Source: Phoronis australis (Eukaryota; Animalia; Phoronida). From it: 64,000 bases of DNA. Shown here piece by piece: positions 46,001 through 58,500 of this stretch (its first letter is position 1; every line of letters starts with the position of its first letter). Below the pieces are notes generated by a model, which was not told the DNA's origin, made no database searches, and was given only the letters and a program-made list of their open reading frames with translations. Position numbers and translations under genes: made by a program. Where the stretch lies: assembly GCA_002633005.1 (NCBI GenBank), contig NMRA01000020.1, positions 546,673 through 610,672 on the forward strand. The letters run 5' to 3'.

Positions 46001-48260
46001 AGTGCATTTTGCTTTATGTATAAAGTGTAGCCATGCAAGTGACATAATATAGTTGGGGGTGCTGTGTAATTTTTTGGTAATAGTCACAAGTTTCCTGGAT
46101 TTTGAGAGCCAGTTTGATGACTGTTATTCAATGGAGAAAATGGGTTATCAAAATGTGGGCCCCTTGTAACTGACTATTACCAGTTTTTGAATGAAACAGG
46201 CAGGCTGTGAAAAAGGCAGTATTTGTGCAAATTAATATCTATCTACTAGGCTTTAAGTTGCCGTCTTGTACCTCTTTAGACATTGAACACAAATACCTCG
46301 CTTCAACACAGTGGTCTTCATTTACTATAACCCAGACTAAAGGCAACGTAAATAATTAGTAAACGTGTCCCAAAAGGACCCAGCGTATCTTGTGGTATGC
46401 ATGAAATATTCCTGGTTGTTTCTCTTCTTAGAATGCATTGTATGAAGAACTCAAGACAGCATGCGGTGAAGACTTACCTTCTCTCAACTATGACCACCTG
46501 AAGGACTTGACCTTACTGGACCGAACCATGAGGGAGACTCTTCGTCTTCGGCCCCCTATTATGACTATGATGAGGATGTGTAAAACACCACAGGTCAGCA
46601 GGTTATCTTACACCAGACAGCACTGGGCAGTGTTATTAACGTCTGGATGCTTTGCGCACTAGAAAACGAAGTCTCAAAAATTTTTTTTCCAGATGATCAA
46701 TAACTTGGTTTTTATTGGACCACTCCTTTTACTAGAATTCACCCATTGAGATTTTGTTAAACTGGATTATTGTTACAGTACTAATTTTCCAGAATTGGCA
46801 ATTGAAATCCTGACTGCATTCATTGGAGCATGTTTTTTGCAAGAAAACTAAGGTCATGAAATCTTTGAGAGATATCTCATTAGGTTTTTGAGGTATAAGG
46901 TGGCAATTTAATCGTTGATGAATGAAGCATTCAACCTTCAACTGTTGAAACCACTAGTGGATGCACACGCTTAGAATTACTCATGAAATTTATTATGACC
47001 TTTAGGGTTGAAGTTCATTGGTCTTTGTTGATTTGATAACTAACTAATACCAATGGCAGAGGTAAATTTTAAACCTGTCTAATTTATAATATCGTCCACA
47101 TAAAATAGTGTTCACATTCCTTGAGTGTTCCACTGCGGCTGTGAATATTGCTCTTTTTTGCTTCCAGTTTGTTGGACGTATTTCACTATTAAATAATATT
47201 AAGTTTAAAAACACTACTTTTTACCTACAGAAGGTGATGGGCTATGACATACCTGTTGGACACCAGGTGTGTGTGTCACCTACGACCAATCAGCGAATTA
47301 AGGACGCGTGGGGCGAGACAAATATGGACTTTGATCCTGACAGGTATGTGTTCTTGTTCTTCTTGATATTCAATGTGAGGCCACTGATGCATTGTGGGAA
47401 TGGTTAGTTTCACTCATAAGCATCTTAAATACCTCTAGCTAATCAACGTGTTATTCCCTGTATACTATTAATTTGAAATTGTGGTTTTATTCCCTTCCAA
47501 GAACTTTACTCTTCAAAAATTCCTATTATTAGTTTCAGTGAAATAACTTACAGTCATCTCACTGATAGTATGTATGGCTTACTTATATTGAAAGTCTTTC
47601 TCATTACATATTATGGTAAGAATCAATATCTGCTGCAATCATGATCCATTAACAATTCAAAAAAACGTTTCAGAGTTTATCAGGGTTGAGTAACCCTAAA
47701 ATTATGAATTCAGAAATGGCGCATCTACGCATTGCACGTGATTTGAATTATCACCTGATCGGGCGAGCGTGGAAATGTTTTTAAATCCCAAAGCAAATTC
47801 AATGTTGTCAGATTAACAGGGCCAAATGCAGCTTTAAATAAGAGGTTAGTGTCAAATAAGCCAACACAATTGGGAAATGTAGAGACAATATCGGTCAGCC
47901 CAAATCCCTTCAAAATGGCCATGCCCTCAGCAGCGTGTGCTGGCATCATTCATTCGCGAAACATATTATTTTATGCACGAAATATATCCTTGTGTCCATT
48001 TTGCACTTTCTAGATTCCTGAAAGAATCGGAGGCTCTCAACACCGAAAAATTCTCATACATCCCATTTGGTGCAGGACGTCACCGTTGCATCGGCGAATC
48101 GTTCGCGTTTGTTCAGGTCAAGACGATTTGGGCTACGCTGCTAAAGATTTTTGAGTTTGACCTTGTGGATGGACATTTCCCCAGCATCAACTATGACACC
48201 ATGATACATACGCCTGTCAACCCTGTGATCAGATACAAGCGACGCGCTAAAGTGTGTTAA
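40051..48260 (+). CDS. CYP51: Sterol (lanosterol) 14-alpha-demethylase, cytochrome P450 family 51; 11 exons, 1494 nt, about 497 aa
   Basis: Exons 40051-40191, 41592-41696, 42492-42668, 43077-43203, 43872-43928, 44437-44554, 44984-45100, 45778-45907, 46432-46593, 47231-47343, 48014-48260; GT-AG with a continuous frame. Motifs: N-terminal anchor plus [34 protein letters not shown] (CYP51 SRS1), [10 protein letters not shown] (I-helix), [19 protein letters not shown] (heme Cys). Confidence 0.97.
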
Positions 48261-49582
48261 ATTTTGTTGAAGATGTGGTAATGAGGCAAATTTTTAGAGA
48301 TGCTTAACAATTTTTGCTTGTCGAAAGATATAATCTACACCTTGATCACTCTGAACTCAATGGCTGCAGCGGTTTTGGTGAAATTTTAGACAAATGAATC
48401 CTCCATTTAATTTGGCCAGTTTGTGAGCATGTCCAGTCTTCAAGAGGACCAGCTGATGCTCTTCAGTTTGCTATCTCGGGGAAAAGTTTACAAAATTATT
48501 GCAACACTTTATGGTTTTATGAGCATTACTGATGATTTCAAAGATTGTTTTTTTAAAAATTTGCCTCCTGCCTTTTAACATTCAGAACCTAAGTAAATGT
48601 AAATGAATCATGTCAAAGATTATCTTTCTCAAGATGGATTACACAACATCTGAAAGTCATTGTTGAACGTCATCACATCTACTAACATTTTTATATCTCA
48701 GTTCGGTTGTGTCGTGCATGACGAAGAGCATGTCATGAACAAAATTTGAACGATCGGTAGATGAAATAATGCATGTTTAAGAAGTGATTATGTTTCTGCA
48801 GGATTCTAATGCATTAAAGAAACTTTGAAGACAGTAAATTGTTTCAAAATTTTTGTTTTAATTAAAAGACATTGGTTTGGAACAAACGTGACTTTGGTGA
48901 GTGTGATCTGAGGAACATTTTTGACTGCACTGCAGTTCAGTTGCTGTCTCATGGATGCTATAAGTTTTTGTGAGTGAATGCCACTGAAGCCACCCCCTGT
49001 TCACTTTTGAAGGTAACTGAAAAAGTATACTGACCCTCTCTGGTTACAGTAAGTTAAGTTTGGAGAATGACTTTAAATGGAAAACAGTCAGTGTAAAAAC
49101 CTTTTAAGGTAATTGCATGCACATATTTTTAATAACTTAATTTCTGTAATTTTACACATCACTGCAAATTAGAAATATTAAATACTTTCAACTTCAATAT
49201 CACTAAAACGAGGAATGTTGTGAAGGTAATAAAATGTAAAACAAAACCTATATCAGTTAAAAACAGTAAAATTACCTGAAACTAGATTGTCATCACTAAT
49301 ACTTCACATGTCAATAATTCAACCTTTAAAAAAACAACAAGAGACAACTTTGACGAGAGAAAAACCATATCTGCACTCGGATGATGATCCCACAAAGACG
49401 TTCCTATAGAAACGTGAAAAGTTGAGCATTAATGTATATAAAGGTCACAGTTACACCAAGATGTTTTTCCTTTTGTTGTTGGGTTTCAACTAGACAGAAA
49501 CACCAACTCCATGTAGTAATCTCCAAATCACTTCATATGACTGCGTTTATAATTGATGGACAATCCTTGTCTGTGGCTATTT

Positions 49583-52500
49583 TCACTGCTTGAAGACGGT
49601 TGATTCCATATCTCTCCTAGGGGGGTGTAAAGGTTTCATCTGGGACATCATGTGCCTTGCATAGTCTGTGTTATGGACTCCGGCCTCTCTCAGCTTGGAT
49701 TCCAGTTTTACTCTGGGATCACTGACGACCTGTACATAAACAATAAAACTAAATAAAGAAGTGTTTCATAAAATATGTAAGTCAACAACTAGACCTCTTA
49801 AACTGCAATCTGTAATCTACTTAGTTTATTTTCTTTCTAATGCTCCTTAAACATTTACTGTCATTCTCCACTGCTTCCTTCTGAGTTCACTTCTAGATAA
49901 AATAATTGAGTTACAAAAACTGATAAAATTTACAGCCACATACAGAGCTATTTCAGATACTCGGCTGCAAACCTTAGTCATGATAGTTTAAAGCTGGTGA
50001 CAATGACCTAACTATCTGACTTCACTGTATAACTTGCATAATCACTTCTGGGACCATTGAGAAAATGGTGAATTATCCATTTGACAATTCATTGCACCGA
50101 CTTGGAGATGTGCTTAGGACTGTTCCAGTANGGTCTTCAGAAAAAAAACCCCAAATTATGGGTGGTCGTTCCTGTAAGAAGTGATGCATTAATAATGGGT
50201 GGTATTTTATGACCTGTTAATGTTGACAGGTTAGTTACTTCAGCCGTCAAAACTTAAAAAAAATGCAATTGGCATATATCCCAACTTATTCCAATACAAA
50301 AAAGCCCATATTGCTAGTGAACAGAGTGCAATATGTTCCCTAAGCCATCAAGTCATGGGCAACTTGATTTGAACTGTTTGTCTGCAGTCCTATTGAATTG
50401 AAAAGTTATGCAACACTTAACTGGTGTTAACACATATACATGTAAGAAAATTGATGATTTTTTTATAAAAAGTATGAGGAGTAAGATAAACAAGTTCCAA
50501 TATTCACTTGACATAGAAGTATAAAAGAGTTCGTGGAGACAGTTTGAGATTCATAGATCCTCATAATTGAAAAAATGTTCATTGAAATTATAGACACCTG
50601 GTGAACAGAGACACCTGGTGGCTGCCAAAAGTATTGCTCACAGTTTTTGACAATATTGGACAAGACAACTAGTTCTTGTCTGTCAATCATCTCAGTTCTT
50701 AACAGGTCCTCCTGGAGGCAATTTGTTTGCAAGTGTTAGATTATATATTTTAACTTATTAAAAATAATTAAAAAAATTATGGGTCATGGGTTGAAGAAAT
50801 AAATGAAAAATATGGGCGGTGGGTATGAAATTTAAGTGCCTTCCCCCCTCCCATACAGATTTTGCTGGAACAGCCCTTAACAGGATTGCACAAACCCCAT
50901 TCCTCATAGGCTTATATAGAGATGATATTCCATTGCCTTGATGGAACAGTGGGTTAAAAAGCCTGATAGCTGCCACAAGCCTGATATGTAATGCAGGTTG
51001 GGTTCATTAAAGCTGAGCATCACACTGAGTACAACAGAAATCAGACCAAGTGACCGTTTATACAAGGTAAGTGGAATGTATTTCCATCACATGTTCTGGG
51101 GTAAGAACGACAGTTTAACATTTACTGAAAGGACCAAATACAAGGATGAAGTAAGAATGCTGCGTTACATGTATTCATTCAAGTAAGAAAACAAACTTGA
51201 CAAAAATTGACAGGCAACAACCCATATTTTCCTCATTATTTTTGGTCACTTAAAGTGGCAATAAACCCACCTTCCACTACAAAGTTTAGTTTTTGATTTA
51301 GACCAACTACCGTTTTGAAATTGGTCTCAAACTGTTTGTTAGTCAAAATTGATATGATCTCAAGGCTTTGAAAGACCCAACATTTCGGTAGTGCTCGAGA
51401 CGAGGCTTGGCACATGTCCTTTTGTGCACCGAGCACGGTCTCGAGGAGAAACTGTCAGTTCTTTGTAAGCCTAGAAAACACTTCTCATCTAAGTAAGGAA
51501 CAAGCCTGAGACAAATTTCATTGTGGTCAAAATCAACACTATTCAATTTGTTATTTGTTACACAATTTAGTGTTAGAAAATGAATATGCTGTTAGGACAT
51601 GTGATACAGAATGATCCACAAAAACATTTTGTGCTGATCGTTTATTTAGAAAATGCTGCACACTTAGGGACGCTAAAATAAGAACTCTAGATGAGCCATC
51701 ACGACCAGAAGCCAAGTCGACCTATTGTGTGGCAGGCGTTGCTATCACTTACAGCCATCTGCGTTACCCAGTCTTCAAAACGGTCACACGCTTTTGGTTT
51801 GTACTACTCATGTACCAACCAGTTGTGAAATGGATTGCAGCACAGCGTGCATTCATTGTCGGTCATGCACAAAAATATGTTTGGAGTACATGTACTTTGT
51901 TGCTTGGAACATGGCACGCTAACCACCAAGAAAAATTCATGGATCAAAAACATCCACAACTGGTAATATTTTATTTTTTACAAGTCAGAACACCTGTCTC
52001 CTGGTAATTTCTCATCTGTTCTGAGCACAACCATCCTCATGTTTTTATTTCAAGTGCCTCACCCCCCATACAGACTAATGGAACAGCCCTACAACGAAGA
52101 TTACAAAAAGTATACAGTGTGCATAAACCTGACATGCCGAGATTAAAAAGCAAAGAGTTCACATTATTGATGAGAGAATGTTCCAGTTATTTGGACACAA
52201 TGTTTAATGTATCTGTGATGAACACCATACCTGATTTGCTGTGAATGTATTCACTTGAAACAAAGGTTGCTGAATTGTGATGTCGTCATCTCCAGCCTTT
52301 TTGGCATTGGATGCCTGTGTAAAGAATGTACAAAAAAGAATGATTATTAAAGCATGTAAAAATATTCATCTTTAACAAATGAAGTAACTGATGTGATGAG
52401 CCATTCTTATTCCCAGATTCATTCCTTCGCAAAGTTTAAACATGGAAACAAACTAATCAGGCTGTATATCTTAACAATTTTCAAAATGGCTATTACAACT

Positions 52501-55500
52501 AGTCCTCAAACTGCATATCTTGCTATGTCTGAATTGGCATTATGCTTTCAATAATCATCATAACTTGAAGTTCCACAATACCCACAAGTGTGAATACGGC
52601 AGTCAACTTTTTGTGATCAGACTTTCAATTCTTCCAAACGAGCGTGGGACCACATAAGTAGCGTTAATCATCATCTGCGACGCACAATTTGTCACCACAA
52701 AAGTGTTGAGGAGGTCACCCATATGATAAGTGCATTTGCCGATAGAAAATTTCTAACATGTTTATAACCTCGCGTGCAGAAACAGTGGTGTTGTCCTTTT
52801 TTCTCGGCTTTCAACATTTCAGGTCTCCTACAGAGAATAATTGATAGCTAACTGTAGTTCTCAGGGCTGCAGCTCAATCCACAATGTAAGATGCTCATAA
52901 GTGAAAGCTAAGGGAAAACATGCTCCCTTAGGTTGCTTGTTAATATCTTGTGAACACTTGTGGGATCTTACCAAGCTATCTTTAGGTACATCCTAGCATT
53001 CACTGTCCTCAGTGGCAGCAGACCACTTGCTGTGACTTACCTCTGTATCACCAAGAAGTCTTTCAGGGTCACTCTCCGCTACCACTCGCACCTGTCAATC
53101 AATGGGATATGTAATTCCACAAAGAGACACAAACTAGTTTGTCCAAAAATGTTTATACAACAGCGTATTTTGGAGTTGAGAATTCTGGTAATAGCTTGAA
53201 CCAACAGCGCCAAAAAAGCGAAACAAGTATCAAGAAGAGTACAATTTTAATGGAAACCAAGAAAAGAGTAGGAAATACATTATTAATACTACTTTGACCT
53301 TCAATTCGTAGGTTCAACTAATGCATTTGATTGTATGGTACAATCCGATACTACTGAAGCCCCACCTGTTGTCGCAAGGCTTCTAGTCTTTGCTCTTTCT
53401 CTTCTTCTTCCCGCTGGCGCTCCTCTTCAAGTTGTAGTTTCTCTGCCAACTTTTTCTCTTGCTGCTGATCACGAAACCTGACTCTGATGGTTGAATTATA
53501 GATTGAGAGTGAGTAAATCGAACAAAGTTTAAGTAGAATTAAAAGTTAGTTTAGTTGCAAATCAGATTAGTCATAATTTTGAATACAAAGTTTGCCTATT
53601 CGAACATGATACAAAAAATTTAGTACAAAAACGACTCGACAAATGAAATTTTAGAGATTAAACATCTGCACAATACACAAAAAAACAAAGGAGGAAACCA
53701 TTGCCTACATCAGTTCTATTAAATTTCTTTAAAAGGTTATTACGGTAAACCATGTTTAGGTGATTTCAATGAAGGCCTTGTTCTGCCACCTGCTAATTAA
53801 ACACTGGCATCCTATTGAGTGATAAAAGCAGAATTTAAGTAAACATTCATACAATTTGAGTCACAAATTGGACATTATAGTTCTTCGTGGGTGGGTTGTT
53901 GTGCAGATCGCCTAAAGTGAAGGACACGCTTCCCCGATTAGCAGACTTTGTAAGGAGTTAAGAAATTTTGCTCCAAATTTTTGACGGTTGTAGTAACAAA
54001 GCATTGTTTTTTTCAGAGAACTGGATGGGAATGTTTCTTCTCTGTTAATACTAGGTAAAAACTGGGTTTAATATCCTTCTATAACTTTTTTTAAAGCAAG
54101 AAGCATAGGAATAAAATTCCTGCAGCACAGAGCAGTTAAGATGGGTGGCAGTGAATCAGAAGTACAAAAATGTTTTAACCAACCTTTCTCTATCATAGGC
54201 AGCTTGCTCTTCAAAGATCTTTTGTAAATCTTCCAGTCTTTTGCGAATCTTTTCTTCCTCAACAAGCTTTTGCTTCTCCAGTTCGTCATGATGAGATTTA
54301 ATCTAAAACAAGATATCATTTGTCAAAAGTAAGAGGAAAATGATACCTATTTGCATTAAAATTTGGTTCATTTTTTTTCAAAATAATTGAGTTTACCTTA
54401 TCTTTTGTTTGAGCCCTTCGTTTCTTTTCCTTTTCTTCCTCAGTTCTTCTTTTTTCTTCCTCCTGAGCTCGTCTGCTTTCCTCTAATTTCTGCTGAATCA
54501 TCATCGCCTCCATTTTCTGCTCTCTCCAGACTTTTACCTGTCGAATAAAAAAATTGAATCCACTTGCCAAAATCCTGTATGAAAAATTCTACCAATCAAA
54601 AACCAACAGATGGCTCACAAAAAGCACAAGTTATGTTTACAAGAAATGTCACAAATCATTTCCACAGGATTTGTATGCGAGTAGTGTAAAATATCTACAA
54701 TATGCTTTGTCACGACAGACAATCACTAGACAAGATCATCTGCCTTGACCAGATAAACCTGCCAGGAAGTCCACCAGTATTGTCCAACATCAAATTTTAA
54801 TTGTAATGTCAAAATATCTGTCAAGTTTTACTAATACTTTTCTTCAAACTTTGCATACAAATTCTTCCATTTGAGACAAAATAAAGCCTAAATTGCCATT
54901 TTTTTGAAAAATTTAAGGCTTATTATTGATACGCTGTGGAAGCTCAAGACTGTACCAATTGTTTATTTTGTGACACCTGCACAGTAAACAAGAGCAACAC
55001 AGCGGCAGCATTGATATACGGCCACTGTGTGCATTGCAAATGGCAAAGATATCAGGCTGCTCATTTTTTTCAAACATTTCCTCGCACAAGAGCGAGCAAC
55101 ACTGTTTAGTGAACTTAAAACTGAGACTGCAGGGTGCAGTAATAGTCAACTTAAAATTACCAAACGCATTCCTGGCAGATACTGAGATAGTCACAATGAA
55201 TGAAAGAAAACTAAATTTACCATACACTATCCAATAGTTGTCACCAGTCATGCTCAGTTTTAAAATCATTTGCCATGATGGTTCTACAAGGAATTTGGCA
55301 GGTAGAATGGCCGAACCAAAAAACTAACAAAATTGCCATTACGGGGCAAACCCCAAGTTGGAATATTATTGTACAAAAACAGGCAAGAGCTGTTCTCTTT
55401 AGACTATATGCCAAATTCCAACCTTCATCAGATATATAAGGCAAAAACTAAAACTACCACTTGGAAGAGTAGGAGTGTTAAAATTGCCCAAGCATCAACA

Positions 55501-58500
55501 TCAGCGAGATTTCTGTCAATAAAAAATCATATGTCAAATTTCATAATAATTTTTCAAACAACCTGGCAGATAAAAAGGTGGATGTCAAAAATCAACTAGG
55601 TGGTGCAGAAAAAAATGAAAGGATAAGTGCGAAAATGGGTAGGAGCTGTATCCTCTTTTAAGGAACATATCATTCAGTCTAACTGATGAAGATTATGATT
55701 CATTCAGGTCCATGTATATGACTGACTAATTATGAATATGTCGGCCAGATGTACCTAGTGATCCCAGACATACCTAGTGATCCCAGATGTACCTAGTGAT
55801 CCCAGACATACCTAGTGATCCCAGACATACCTAGTGATCCCAGACGTACCCAGTGATCCCAGCAACATAAAGTTAATTTTAACTAAGAACGTCCAGCTAA
55901 AGTATTCACAATTAATCATATCATTCATGTCAAGTCGATTTAAAACCGTGGTTGTTTTTATTAATTCAGTCTAATTCCTAACATCTCTAAAGAACTTGGA
56001 AGTTACAGACTGAAGCAAACACAACAAGGGTTAGGTAAAATATCCACATGAAGGCACAACAGAAGTCACATGCTCTCAGTAACAACAGGTCTGGAACACA
56101 CCTACCAAGTTCCACGACAATCCTTTAAAGAAACTGGTAGATATTGAGGTACATGCCAAAAAATTCCCACAAGAATGCATAGGAATTTGATCTATAAAAA
56201 AAATTAACGTCGGCCATACTCTTGACAATGAGAATGATATACTTTGAATTTTCAGAGGATTCTTCATGGCATTTAGCACAAAGACAGGTGAAAGCTAAAA
56301 AAGGATCTTAAATATATTATTAAAACCGCTCGTCATAGGCTCAGCTCCAAAATTTATTTAATCCAACTTCCCTGGACAAACTTCAACCCTATACCTTATC
56401 ATAAAGAACATCACAAAGAGCCCTCTGTTGTTTCTTGAACTCTGCCTTTGCCTCTTGTAACTCCTGTGCCTGGCAGACCTCAGCAAATATTGCTCTGGCT
56501 TTGTTGAACAGTTCACGTCGGTCTCGGATCCAGTCATTTATTATGTCTTTCCGTCTCTCGTGGTAATATTTATGATGTAAGCACCAGCTCTCATGCTCAA
56601 CCTAAAATGCGAAACTTAAAACTTGAATTTTACCAACATTTATGTAGTGACAACAGAAGTATACAGAGTATTTCCCTAAATGCTTCGACTGATTGCTGAG
56701 TCTGATTTTTCAATAAAGAACCATTTATGCTACAAAGCTGACTTCCATCAAAGCAACCGCTTTCTGTCATTGGTCTCAAATTGTTAGTTACTAAGACGAG
56801 AAGGGATTCCAGGGCCAGGGTTTAACATTTACGCTTGAAATTAAAAAAATTACTTTGAAATTTCCCCTCCTACTTTAATACGGACCCAACATAAGTGTTG
56901 AGTACATTATGGTTTACACTATGAGCTTCTAATTCAAGATCGGATTTGATGACCCCTTAAATGAGCTATAAATTCTAATTAGGACAGCCAATTTTTGTGA
57001 ATAAGGTTTGAGATAATCTTTGAGGCTATTTCTACGTAAAAACAATGAGAACTAACCACTTGTTGCCTGGTTTTATGAGGGAGGTGCCGTTTCAGTCTAT
57101 CAAGAAACAATGTCCTCCTATTGGGAATATCGTACGAGTACTGTTCTTGAACTGCAGTAAATGTAAAGTGTTCTTCAGCTGTCCAACCACCATTTTCTAC
57201 GCTGCAAATGAAAAATAAAACTGCCCTGACGTGTGAGTTTAAAACATCAATGTGACGCTAAACTTAGTAAAATATCAGTAGCTATTCTATGTTCAAGACA
57301 TAGCGCAATTGCACAATTTTTCGCATTTGTGAGGCCCATATTTTTAATTTATTAGGATGTGTTAAAACAATCACTTCTAATTCTTTCACTTCAAAAGTAT
57401 TGTGATATACACTAAATTGAACATGTAGAATATTCATCAATTATCACAGAGCAGATAGAACAAAACAAGAAAATCAAATTTTGTACGTCTCCAAAAGCTC
57501 TAAAGCATCTACATTATGTGTGATGTTTGTTAAGATAATTTACAACGATCTTAGAAACTAATAAAATGTAGACCTTGAACCATCCAGGAAATTGTTCATG
57601 ACATCAACAATTAAGACTGGTCTGCTAGATTACCTTTTTGACTTCCTTGAATGATCTTCAGAGACCTCTCGTCTCCTTTGATGGGATGGTGACTGTGTTG
57701 AGTCGTGGGAACTCTGGTCCCGTGGGATCTCGAAACTTCCTCAGTCTATACTCTCGTTCCAGGACGAGGACAATTTGAATCTGAAGCCACCTATTTTGTT
57801 GAGAAGACTGTAAGGCTGTGATTAAAATAGCCTCCTGTAGACCTCTCTCAAACCAGTTCTTTTCTTCGCACAGGATCTCGACATTTTCCGTTACTTAACT
57901 AATGAGTGTTAAAATGCAGGTCATTATACACAGCTGATGAAATTCCTTCCCATGCAGCCAGTCTGATACATGAGTTTCTCGAGTGGTTGCTCAGTCTCGC
58001 CCATATAGAACTGGTCACATAGCTCTCTTTCACAGTGAATACAACTCAACAGCACAAGAAACGCATGTATCAACATAGGTGGGCTGCAGGAGAAGAAATT
58101 TCATCAGTTGTGTATAATCACTTGCATGAACACAATCACGAGTTAAGTAATGAAAATGACGAGATCCTGTGCAGAGAAAAGAACTGGTTTGAGAGGTGTG
58201 CAGGAGGATATTTACATCACAGCCATACAGCCTTCTCTCAACAAACTAGGTGGCGCCATATTCAAATTGCCTCATCTTGGAACGAGAGTAAGGAGACAGT
58301 TTCGAGATCCCACGTGACCTGTTTCCATGACTCATCAGAGTCAACATCCCATTGAAGGAGATGAGGTCTCTGTAGATGTAGGAAATCAAAAACGTAATCC
58401 AGCAGACTTATCTGTTAATACCAATCTTAGAAACTGTATTTGCACTTTAGTTGTGCAACAGTTCTTATAACGGCAGATTTTTTAAGATATTGCATAGCGT

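Noticed and set aside
55745-55862. Regular short repeats that could be mistaken for a CRISPR array (also 1-165 and 30155-30316)
   Set aside because: Head-to-tail tandem units without unique spacers; eukaryotic intronic or intergenic context and no cas genes.
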